A stretch of DNA of 32,000 nt from an uncultured Alphaproteobacteria bacterium (GTDB lineage: Bacteria > Pseudomonadota > Alphaproteobacteria > Rs-D84). Position numbers and translations under genes: made by a program. This document shows positions 1 through 7,795 of the stretch, one piece after another. Below the pieces are notes generated by a model that saw nothing but the letters and a program-made list of their open reading frames with translations, was not told where the DNA came from and searched no databases. Positions within the stretch are counted from its first letter, which is position 1. Each line of letters begins with the position of its first letter. Location of the stretch: positions 840,001 to 872,000 of the forward strand of contig OZ007020.1 in the NCBI GenBank assembly GCA_963931495.1, read 5' to 3'.

Positions 1-702
1 AACAGCAAAAAAGAATTGGAAGGCGAGGACGATACAGCTGAATCAGAATTGAAGTATCTAACAGTAATACGTGATGTGCGTGATAAGGACCCTGCTTTAT
101 TTGAGAAAGTGAAACGCTTACCACGAAAAGCTCGTACTGCAACCGTTTCTGAAGATAGACCAAACAGCCTTATTAGCTTCTTCCGCAAAGGGGCATTGAA
201 AAAATTTGTTTATTCTGATGACAAGCGATCTGATGAGATTGACTTTATGACCGCCGCCAAGGCCTTTGAATGTACCAGCGCACAAGAAAAAAAGCCTATA
301 CCAAAGGAATTCTTTAATTTGTTAAATCGTAACAAGGCGTTCTTAGATGCTCTGACACACACTGAAGAACACATGCCAACAATCCGTTCCGGTCGTTCCA
401 ATGATTCAAATATTTTGACTGTGGTTAAATTTCTAATGAAAGACACCACCACATTCACAGAGGAAGACGAAGAATTTTTACAGGCTTTACGCAAAACCAT
501 TGAAATGGGCATGCTGCCAAAAAAGACTGCTCAGGACACGAATAAAGAATTAAAAAAGCACAACCTGAATGACCGTATCAAAGTTCTGGGGTTGCTAAAA
601 AGCCGTTTGTCCAAATCAGTCAATTATCGTACAAACACCCCGGAAAAACCTGCTGGGGACGTTCGTGAAATCATATTGTCTGAATACTTTTATGGAGAAT
701 AA
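1..702 (+). CDS. 3' end of a large upstream gene (5' end lies left of the window). Function is not assignable from this tail; context suggests a partner subunit of the downstream methyltransferase
   Basis: Frame 1 is open from base 1 to TAA at 700-702. The ~230-aa tail is charged and helix-rich. The stop lies 3 nt before the ATG (706) of the 1122-aa methyltransferase, indicating translational coupling. Confidence 0.6.
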   Translation, partial: NSKKELEGEDDTAESELKYLTVIRDVRDKDPALFEKVKRLPRKARTATVSEDRPNSLISFFRKGALKKFVYSDDKRSDEIDFMTAAKAFECTSAQEKKPIPKEFFNLLNRNKAFLDALTHTEEHMPTIRSGRSNDSNILTVVKFLMKDTTTFTEEDEEFLQALRKTIEMGMLPKKTAQDTNKELKKHNLNDRIKVLGLLKSRLSKSVNYRTNTPEKPAGDVREIILSEYFYGE

Positions 703-705
703 GTC

Positions 706-3700
706 ATGCGTATAGATGAAGCCAAACAATTAGTGACCAACGTATTAAAAAACGGATACGACGAAAATAAATTCCGTGAATTGGTGCGTAATCTGTTCAC
801 AGACTTTACACCAAAAGATGATGTATACCGTGGCACCCTTATTTGGGAGGCTTTTCGTGAGCACATTTCTTCGTATAAACGTTTGGCGAAATACGAGAAT
901 AATGGTCAGTCTATTGATGTCTTGGCCGTTTGTGTAAAAAGCGCCAACAAGTTGGAACATGCTCGCACTATGCTGCGTAATTTTGTGTCTAAATACCTGA
1001 ATGGTGGCCGTGGCGGTGTTACTAAAGATGCTGCTTTGGTCGCATTCTATGCACCAGAATGTTCTGATTGGCGATTATCATTGGTCAAAATGGATTACAA
1101 TTACAACGAGGAAAAACAAAGGATTCAAACCGATTTTACACCTGCACGACGCTACTCTTTCTTGGTTGGGGCCAACGAACAAGTTCATACAGCCTGCAAA
1201 CAGTTTTTAGACGTACTTGTAACTGGCGGCAATCCAACTCTACACGAGCTGGAACAGGTATTTAGCATTGAAACTGTATCCAAAGAATTCTTTGAAAAAT
1301 ATAAGGAGCTATTCCTGCGTTTGGTTGATTCTGTCAATGATATCCGTGAGAAAAATGCACGCATCAACTCTGATTTTGAACTCAATAACATAAGCACATC
1401 TTTGTTCTGCAAAAAACTATTGGGACAGATTGTTTTCCTGTATTTTTTGCAGAAAAAGGGTTGGCTAGGTGTAGAAAAAGGCAACCTGTGGGGTACTGGC
1501 GACAAGCACTTCTTGCGTTCTCTGTTTACTATGGCTATATCCAAGGGCGCAAATTATTTCAATGATTATCTCGAACATTTATTCTATGAGGCTATCGCTC
1601 AAAAACGTCCGAATGACTATTTCCCTCTATTTGAATGCAAAATTCCTTTCTTAAACGGAGGCTTGTTTGATCCTATAAAAGATTATGACTGGCGAGGATT
1701 TGACGTTTTAATACCTAATGAGATCTTCTCAAACAAAAATCCGACCAATGAAGGTGATATTGGGGACGGTATACTGGACGTATTTGATCGCTATAATTTC
1801 ACAGTTCGTGAAGATGAAGCGCTGGAAAAAGAAGTGGCTGTCGACCCAGAAATGTTGGGCAAGGTATTTGAAAACTTGTTGGAAGTCAACGATCGAAAAT
1901 CTAAAGGGGCATTCTATACTCCACGTGAAGTTGTTCATTTTATGTGCCAAGAATCCCTCATAAACTATCTGTATAACAAGGTCAATTGTGTTCAAAAAGA
2001 ACTGGTACAGGACCAACAGCCATCGTTCTGCATGTTTCCAAAGCAACAACTAACATTGGCTGAAGATGTATGTGATGAACGAGTTAGCAAGCAGGCTCTG
2101 GCTGATTTTGTCCGATACGGTGATATATTCCGTGAACATGAGCGTTTATCCGCTGAAAAGAACAGCGAAACATACACACATAAAATTGATGCATCCATCA
2201 AGAAATATGCTGAAGATATTGACCAAGCATTGGCTGATGTTTTGATTTTGGATCCTGCTATTGGTTCTGGAGCTTTCCCCGTTGGCATGATGAACGAGAT
2301 TGTTCGAGCAAGATTGAATCTGTTAGAATATGGATATATTTGTTGCAAGGGCGAAATTCGCAACTCCTATACCTATAAACGCCACGCTATTGAGCATTCA
2401 TTATATGGTGTAGATATTGAAGATTCTGCTGTTGAAATCGCAAAATTGCGTTTTTGGTTGTCTTTGATTGTTGATGAGTATGAACCCAAACAAATCAATC
2501 CGTTGCCAAATTTGGACTATAAAATTAGATGTGCCAACTCCCTGTTGAGTATACATGCAGGCTTGTTGAATTACAAAGATTTATCTGATTTGGAACAATT
2601 AAAAGAAAAATTTGTACAGGAATCTGACGGTCGTATCAAAAAGGGTTTAAAAAGTAAAATTGATACATTGTTAGCAAAATTCGCACAAGACGGTGAATTT
2701 GACTATAACATTTTCTTTTCAGAGGTATTCCGTCAGAATGCCGGTTTTGATATAGTAATCGGTAATCCTCCATATGTTCAGTTACAAAAGCTGAAGAATG
2801 ACATTGTTAAACGTGGTGTTCATGCTGGTAAATCGTTCCAAGATTTGTATCGTGAGCAAAACTTTAAAACATTTGAGGGGAATGGGGATCTTTATTGTTT
2901 ATTTTATGAAAAAGGAATTTCCTTATTACGCAACAGGGGTGTCCTGTGTTATATAACTTCTAACAAATGGATGAGAGCCGGTTATGGAGAAAGCATACGT
3001 GATTTCTTTGTGCACTATAACCCCTTGTTATTGATTGACTTAGGAGCCAATGTGTTTACAACGGCCACGGTAGACACTAACATCCTGCTTGTCGAGAAAA
3101 AAGGGTATGACAGAAAGACCTTGTCTTGCGTTATGAAAGACCGTACACAAGATATGAGCGTTTTTGTTAAACAGCGTGCTGTAGATATGTATTTTGATAA
3201 AGAGGCCTGGGTTATTTTAGACCCAATTGAGCAATCTATAAGAAATAAAATTGAAAAGTACGGTACCCCATTAAAAGATTGGGATGTTAATATTTACAGA
3301 GGAATCCTGACCGGCTGTAATGAGGCTTTCATTATAGACGGTGCGAAACGTGCTGAATTGATTGCTGCCGATCCAAAATCTGACGAGATAATACGACCGA
3401 TTTTACGTGGCAGAGATATAAAACGTTATGGCTATGATTTTGCAAATTTATATATGATTTGTACTTTCCCTAGCAAAGGATATAACATTGAAAATTATCC
3501 TGCTATAAAAGATTGGCTTATTAACGGCGATTGGGGTGGAGATGAGATTCCTGTAGGTGCAGGCAAGCTACGCTTGGAACAGACAGGGGAAGAACATTCT
3601 GTAAACGGAGTGAAATTCAGATCTCGTAAAAAGACAAATAATAAATGGTTTGAAACACAGGATAGTATAGGTTATTGGAACGATTTTGCTAAACAAAAAA

Positions 3701-4074
3701 TTATGTACAGCGAAATTGTTAGATCACCACGTTTTTTCCTTGATAATGAGGGGAAATTTTACCCAGAAGCAACCAGCTTTATAATGGTAGGTAATCACTT
3801 AGAATATTTAGTAATGGCTTTGCATTCAAAGATATTAACCTATGCATTTAAAACATTTTATGCAGGTGGTGGCTTAGGAGATGATGGCTATCGGTACAAA
3901 AAAGCATTCTTAGAAAAATTACCAATATACGTTCCAACAGATGCGGATTCTGTTTTTAAGAATTGGCTAGAATCTAATAACGATGCTAAAATAGAGAATT
4001 ATCTGCAAAAAGCATACAAATTAACAGATGATGAACTAGATTTTATTTACGAACAAACGATTTTTTGTGAATAA
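706..4074 (+). CDS. Large gamma-class N6-adenine DNA methyltransferase with fused C-terminal target-recognition domain (Eco57I / Type IIG / BREX PglX-like architecture)
   Basis: Motifs in gamma-class order: GAFYTPREVV (FxTP), LDPAIGSGAFP (SAM-binding motif I), VIGNPPYV (catalytic NPPY motif IV), then RGILTGCNEAFII, the entry of a TaqI_C-type TRD. Single 1122-aa ORF. Confidence 0.9.
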   Translation: MRIDEAKQLVTNVLKNGYDENKFRELVRNLFTDFTPKDDVYRGTLIWEAFREHISSYKRLAKYENNGQSIDVLAVCVKSANKLEHARTMLRNFVSKYLNGGRGGVTKDAALVAFYAPECSDWRLSLVKMDYNYNEEKQRIQTDFTPARRYSFLVGANEQVHTACKQFLDVLVTGGNPTLHELEQVFSIETVSKEFFEKYKELFLRLVDSVNDIREKNARINSDFELNNISTSLFCKKLLGQIVFLYFLQKKGWLGVEKGNLWGTGDKHFLRSLFTMAISKGANYFNDYLEHLFYEAIAQKRPNDYFPLFECKIPFLNGGLFDPIKDYDWRGFDVLIPNEIFSNKNPTNEGDIGDGILDVFDRYNFTVREDEALEKEVAVDPEMLGKVFENLLEVNDRKSKGAFYTPREVVHFMCQESLINYLYNKVNCVQKELVQDQQPSFCMFPKQQLTLAEDVCDERVSKQALADFVRYGDIFREHERLSAEKNSETYTHKIDASIKKYAEDIDQALADVLILDPAIGSGAFPVGMMNEIVRARLNLLEYGYICCKGEIRNSYTYKRHAIEHSLYGVDIEDSAVEIAKLRFWLSLIVDEYEPKQINPLPNLDYKIRCANSLLSIHAGLLNYKDLSDLEQLKEKFVQESDGRIKKGLKSKIDTLLAKFAQDGEFDYNIFFSEVFRQNAGFDIVIGNPPYVQLQKLKNDIVKRGVHAGKSFQDLYREQNFKTFEGNGDLYCLFYEKGISLLRNRGVLCYITSNKWMRAGYGESIRDFFVHYNPLLLIDLGANVFTTATVDTNILLVEKKGYDRKTLSCVMKDRTQDMSVFVKQRAVDMYFDKEAWVILDPIEQSIRNKIEKYGTPLKDWDVNIYRGILTGCNEAFIIDGAKRAELIAADPKSDEIIRPILRGRDIKRYGYDFANLYMICTFPSKGYNIENYPAIKDWLINGDWGGDEIPVGAGKLRLEQTGEEHSVNGVKFRSRKKTNNKWFETQDSIGYWNDFAKQKIMYSEIVRSPRFFLDNEGKFYPEATSFIMVGNHLEYLVMALHSKILTYAFKTFYAGGGLGDDGYRYKKAFLEKLPIYVPTDADSVFKNWLESNNDAKIENYLQKAYKLTDDELDFIYEQTIFCE
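3313..3412. repeat. Left copy of a 100-bp perfect inverted repeat inside the methyltransferase gene
   Basis: Base-by-base identical to the reverse complement of 4702-4801. Encodes GCNEAFIIDGAKRAELIAADPKSDEIIRPILRG and starts at codon position 1 ((3313-706) is divisible by 3). Confidence 0.95.
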
Positions 4075-4960
4075 AATCAACTTCCTCATCGGTTAAGTGA
4101 TAAGCTTCGACCACTAGTTTTTCTATTTGGTTGTCTAGTAGAGAAATATCGGCTCCAACTTGTTTGTTTTCAATGAGATTAGAAACCAATTCATCAAAAA
4201 GAGATTCATTTTCTGAAGGTCTTGGCACAGGTAATATCAGCAATCTGTTTGTTTTTAATTCGCCTTCTATACCGCCACCCATATAAAATTCACGCAAAGC
4301 AAAGTAACATACTTTAGAACATAAGAAACCGAGCAAGTATTTTAAATGTTGCCCCGTTATAATATTACCTGGTGCAGGTGGAAAATGCTGGTCTTCATCT
4401 AACATAAAACAAGGTTCTTGTGCCATAATGCAAGGATACACAATTTTTTGTTTATAAAAATCGTTCATATAAGCACAACTACGTAATTCCCACCAATAGT
4501 CCCCTTTGTCATCACGATCAACCAAACCCTTGCCCTTAGTTGGTCGATTGGCAACATCTGTAAAATGCTGATATACCGCAGGATATGTGCTTTTTATAAA
4601 CACCTCTGGTTTCATATTGCCTCGATTTGAATTTGTGAAACCGCACTCTATGTTTATTAACCACTTGTCATCAAAATCATACCCGTATCTTTTTATGTCT
4701 TTGCCACGTAAAATCGGTCGTATTATCTCGTCAGATTTTGGATCGGCAGCAATCAATTCAGCACGTTTCGCACCGTCTATAATGAAAGCCTCATTACAGC
4801 CAGTTTTAATACCATAGTTGATTGCTATATCCCAATCGCGTAATGGAGTTCCATACTTTTCAATCTTGGCACGTATTGACTGTTCGATAGGATCTAAAAT
4901 AACCCAAGCATCTTTGTCAAAGTACATGTATGTAGCATGGTGTCTAACAAAAACGCTCAT
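4043..4960 (-). CDS. Alternative C-terminal target-recognition cassette of the methyltransferase (partial paralog of residues ~812-1122, probably silent in this orientation)
   Basis: The 305-aa ORF aligns to the methyltransferase tail (MSVFV..YFDK.AWVILDPIEQSIR.KIEKYGTPL.DWD...TGCNEAFIIDGAKRAELIAADPKSDEIIRPILRG.DIKRYGYDF). It then diverges and re-converges at ..LTD.E.DFI. It has no methyltransferase motifs and no convincing RBS upstream. Confidence 0.8.
   Translation of the reverse strand: MSVFVRHHATYMYFDKDAWVILDPIEQSIRAKIEKYGTPLRDWDIAINYGIKTGCNEAFIIDGAKRAELIAADPKSDEIIRPILRGKDIKRYGYDFDDKWLINIECGFTNSNRGNMKPEVFIKSTYPAVYQHFTDVANRPTKGKGLVDRDDKGDYWWELRSCAYMNDFYKQKIVYPCIMAQEPCFMLDEDQHFPPAPGNIITGQHLKYLLGFLCSKVCYFALREFYMGGGIEGELKTNRLLILPVPRPSENESLFDELVSNLIENKQVGADISLLDNQIEKLVVEAYHLTDEEVDFIHKKSFVRK
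4702..4801. repeat. Right copy of the 100-bp perfect inverted repeat inside the silent TRD cassette
   Basis: Reverse complement equals 3313-3412 exactly. Starts at codon position 1 of the minus-strand ORF ((4960-4801) is divisible by 3). Confidence 0.95.
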
Positions 4961-5022
4961 ATTCCCTATTTAATTATTGTCACTAAAATGTAAGGCGTAT
5001 AAACAACAAAAAGGAGTACGTC

Positions 5023-5622
5023 ATGATTTATGGTTATATTAGAGTCAGTACTGACAAACAAACCACAGAAAACCAACGTTTCGAAATCGAGCAGTTCGTA
5101 AACAAAAACAGTATGATTATAGACCAATGGATCAATGAAACTATCAGTGCCACCAAGGCATTAAACAAACGACAATTGGGAAAATTATTGAACAGACTAC
5201 AGACTGGAGATGTATTGATAGCCTCTGAATTATCACGTCTGGGTCGTAATCTATTACAGGTTATGAGCATTTTACATATGTGTATGGATAAGGAGGTACA
5301 AGTTTGGACAATAAAAGATAATTATCGTTTAGGGGCAGACATTCAATCTAAGGTGTTGGCTTTTGCCTTTGGTTTATCTGCGGAGATAGAACGAAATTTA
5401 ATTAGCCAGCGTACCAAGGAGGCATTATTACGTATCAAGGCGGAGGGCAAAGTTTTAGGGAGGCCTATCGGTCGGCGTAGCACCTATGTAAAACTCAGCG
5501 GAAAGGAGACATTAGTCAGAGAATTGTTGAATAATAACATATCAAAAAGCGGCATTGCTCGAATAACAGGCGTACATAGAATAACGGTTGCAAAATTCAT
5601 TCGAGAACGTGTGATCTTATAA
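5023..5622 (+). CDS. Small serine recombinase, DNA invertase/resolvase family (Hin/Gin-like size and layout)
   Basis: 199 aa. N-terminal YGYIRVSTDKQ with the catalytic Ser, then SRLGRN and ERNLISQRTKEAL motifs, and a C-terminal helix-turn-helix (ISKSGIARITGVHRITVAKFI). AAGGAG RBS upstream. Confidence 0.9.
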   Translation: MIYGYIRVSTDKQTTENQRFEIEQFVNKNSMIIDQWINETISATKALNKRQLGKLLNRLQTGDVLIASELSRLGRNLLQVMSILHMCMDKEVQVWTIKDNYRLGADIQSKVLAFAFGLSAEIERNLISQRTKEALLRIKAEGKVLGRPIGRRSTYVKLSGKETLVRELLNNNISKSGIARITGVHRITVAKFIRERVIL

Positions 5623-5631
5623 AATTTCGTA

Positions 5632-5660
5632 TTGTTTTTTTTTCATTTTTATGATATAAT
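5632..5660 (+). promoter_or_regulatory. Candidate sigma70 promoter with extended -10 (TTGTTT-N17-TGaTATAAT). The spacer contains part of a T9 run.
   Basis: TTGTTT at 5632-5637, TG at 5652-5653, perfect TATAAT at 5655-5660, T9 tract at 5635-5643. The background is AT-rich, so this could be fortuitous. Confidence 0.4.
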
Positions 5661-5676
5661 AGTGTCAAGTTATATG

Positions 5677-5700
5677 GACGACATTAGTCGTCTTTTTTTA
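5677..5700 (+). terminator. Intrinsic terminator-like hairpin 1
   Basis: GACGAC-atta-GTCGTC followed by TTTTTTTA. Confidence 0.55.
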
Positions 5701-5702
5701 TT

Positions 5703-5729
5703 GCCTCAGATCTGCTGAGGCTTTTTCTT
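5703..5729 (+). terminator. Intrinsic terminator-like hairpin 2
   Basis: GCCTCAG-atctg-CTGAGGC followed by TTTTTCTT. Ends directly at the GGAGG RBS of the next gene. Confidence 0.6.
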
Positions 5730-5741
5730 GTGGGAGGTTCC

Positions 5742-6539
5742 ATGGCAATTGCAAAGTTATTGCGAGCCAAAAAGGCAAAGAACGACGAATTTTATACGCA
5801 ATATAAAGATGTAAAATCTGAGTGCGACCACTATAGGTTGCATTTTTTTAATAAAATTATTTACTGTAACTGCGATACTGCAGATAGTGCTTTTGTACGA
5901 TATTTTTCTGAATTAAAAGCTCAAGGGCTGATACGTGATATCTGGTTCAGTGGCGGATTGGGCGGTGCTGATTTTCGCAGTCCAGAATCAATAGAACGAT
6001 TAAAACAGGCGGATTTAATTATAACGAATCCGCCTTTTTCTTTGTTTCGTGAGTTTATAGAACTGCTATTTACCAACAATAAACAGTTTCTAATTCTTGG
6101 TAACAGAAGCGCAATAGTTTACAAATACATATTTCCTAAAATAAAAGCCAACGAACTTTGGTTCGGTGTTCGTAGGTGGAGTGGTGGAATAGATTTTATA
6201 ACAGAAAATGGTCTACGTGGTGTTCCTGCTATATGGTTTACCAATATTAAACACGGTTTTGTGCCACCCGATTTACCCTTTAAGAAATCGGTTTTTATGC
6301 CACAATATGACAATGCGAATGCAGTAAACATCGATAAATCAGCTTATTTTCCACCTGACTACACAGGTATTGTAGGTGTACCGATAACTTTTTTAGAATG
6401 GTATAACCCAGAAAAATTCGAGTTGTTGGGTAGAGACAAAGATTTTACAACAGATGGTGACATTTGCAGAATAAACGGAAAACCTGTTTATATTCGCTTA
6501 TTCGTTCGAAGAATAAAAGATTTGCATAAATGTGAATAA
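5742..6539 (+). CDS. EcoRI-methylase-family adenine-specific DNA methyltransferase (no cognate endonuclease evident)
   Basis: N-terminal KAKNDEFYTQYKDV motif, IYCNCD, and catalytic IITNPPFSLFREFI, matching the EcoRI_methylase family as I recall it. The ORF track starts at GTG 5730; ATG 5742 follows a GGAGG. Confidence 0.75.
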   Translation: MAIAKLLRAKKAKNDEFYTQYKDVKSECDHYRLHFFNKIIYCNCDTADSAFVRYFSELKAQGLIRDIWFSGGLGGADFRSPESIERLKQADLIITNPPFSLFREFIELLFTNNKQFLILGNRSAIVYKYIFPKIKANELWFGVRRWSGGIDFITENGLRGVPAIWFTNIKHGFVPPDLPFKKSVFMPQYDNANAVNIDKSAYFPPDYTGIVGVPITFLEWYNPEKFELLGRDKDFTTDGDICRINGKPVYIRLFVRRIKDLHKCE

Positions 6540-6559
6540 AAACATTATACTATCATATT

Positions 6560-7729
6560 ATGAAGCATTTAATTGTCTTGTTGCTATTGCTACTACCAGT
6601 AAGTGGGTTTGCATTTGATGTGAGTCAATTAAATGAATGCTCTTTTGTGACGACAAAAACTTTCACAAAAAGTGATAGTATGGAAGTAAATAGATATATT
6701 CAAAGCACACAAGGGCTAGTCGATTTATTCGGTACAAAACGAGTAGATTCAAAAACTCGTTATGTTTATCAAGGCAATGAGCAAATTGAGCTGGTCAGCG
6801 ATTCTAGCTGGCGATATTTCTTTCCTGATTCATGGAATGGTCGTGGTAAAGGAAAGCTAATATATGACCAAAATGAGGTCATGCGTTCTGGTGCAGCCGG
6901 TGATATGCTTGTTGTCGCAAATTGTGACGAAGAAATTTTATTGTTACTGATTAAACAAAACCACCCAATGTCAAAAGAAGTGTATAGTTTTATCGGTATC
7001 AATGAAATGATTGATAATGAACCACAATCAAAACCATCTTTTTTTGAACGGTTATTTGGCACTAAAAAATCAGAAGCTAAGCAAGCAGAAAAATTGGCAA
7101 AGGTTGAATTATCCGTTTCTGATGAAAAACCAGCGCAGAAAAAGCAACGCAAACGAAAATATTCTGAACCAGATATGGATTTGTCACCAACCGCCTATGA
7201 ACAGATAGATTTTGAAGCAATGCGCCATAAAACGAATAAAAATATTGTAATTATCGGTGAAGCTCGGGTTGTTGATGGCGATACGTTAGTTATTGAAGAC
7301 TTATTTAATATTAGAATGGTCGGGATTGATGCGCCAGAAAGCAAACAAACATGCAAAGATGCGAAAGGTAAAGAATACGCATGTGGTGAACAATCTACAA
7401 AACATTTACAGACCCTAATCGGTCGAGGACGTGTTAAATGCGAAATGCGTGGAACTGGTAAATATGGCCGTCATACAGCATTATGCTATAATTCTAAAAA
7501 CGAAAATTTGAACAGGAAAATGGTTGAGGACGGTTATGCTGTTGTTTCTACATATCCCCCCATCTTGTTTGCCGACTCTGAAAAGAACGCCATAGAAAAT
7601 AAGCTAGGCATTTGGCAAGGGGATTTTGTACACCCGAACTGTTTCCGCCATAAAAAGAATGAGGACTGGGATAAATCCGTTTGCGATGGATATAAAAATT
7701 ATCGCGGTTGGTCAACCATTGAAAAATAA
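6560..7729 (+). CDS. Secreted/periplasmic protein with a C-terminal staphylococcal (thermo)nuclease-fold domain
   Basis: Signal peptide MKHLIVLLLLLLPVSGFA. An unassigned ~150-aa N-terminal domain, then a K/E-rich linker. The SNase signature follows: VVDGDTL...IRMVGIDAPES...GKYGRHTALCY...LNRKMVEDGYAVV. Confidence 0.8.
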   Translation: MKHLIVLLLLLLPVSGFAFDVSQLNECSFVTTKTFTKSDSMEVNRYIQSTQGLVDLFGTKRVDSKTRYVYQGNEQIELVSDSSWRYFFPDSWNGRGKGKLIYDQNEVMRSGAAGDMLVVANCDEEILLLLIKQNHPMSKEVYSFIGINEMIDNEPQSKPSFFERLFGTKKSEAKQAEKLAKVELSVSDEKPAQKKQRKRKYSEPDMDLSPTAYEQIDFEAMRHKTNKNIVIIGEARVVDGDTLVIEDLFNIRMVGIDAPESKQTCKDAKGKEYACGEQSTKHLQTLIGRGRVKCEMRGTGKYGRHTALCYNSKNENLNRKMVEDGYAVVSTYPPILFADSEKNAIENKLGIWQGDFVHPNCFRHKKNEDWDKSVCDGYKNYRGWSTIEK

Positions 7730-7795
7730 TTACACTTATAATTTTTTGTGTGATAATCCCCCACTACCAAAATGCCAAGTACTGCTCTAATTTAA

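Larger units (their letters stand above)
3313..4801. other. Predicted invertible DNA segment (TRD shufflon) carrying two convergent, divergent specificity tails
   Basis: In-frame perfect IRs bracket two unrelated ~210-codon tails that end convergently and overlap at 4043-4074. A serine invertase gene is adjacent. Confidence 0.7.

Noticed and set aside
5742-7729. EcoRI-family methylase plus adjacent nuclease as a Type II restriction-modification pair
   Set aside because: The nuclease has a clear Sec signal peptide and a non-specific staphylococcal-nuclease fold, so it is exported and not a sequence-specific cytoplasmic endonuclease.
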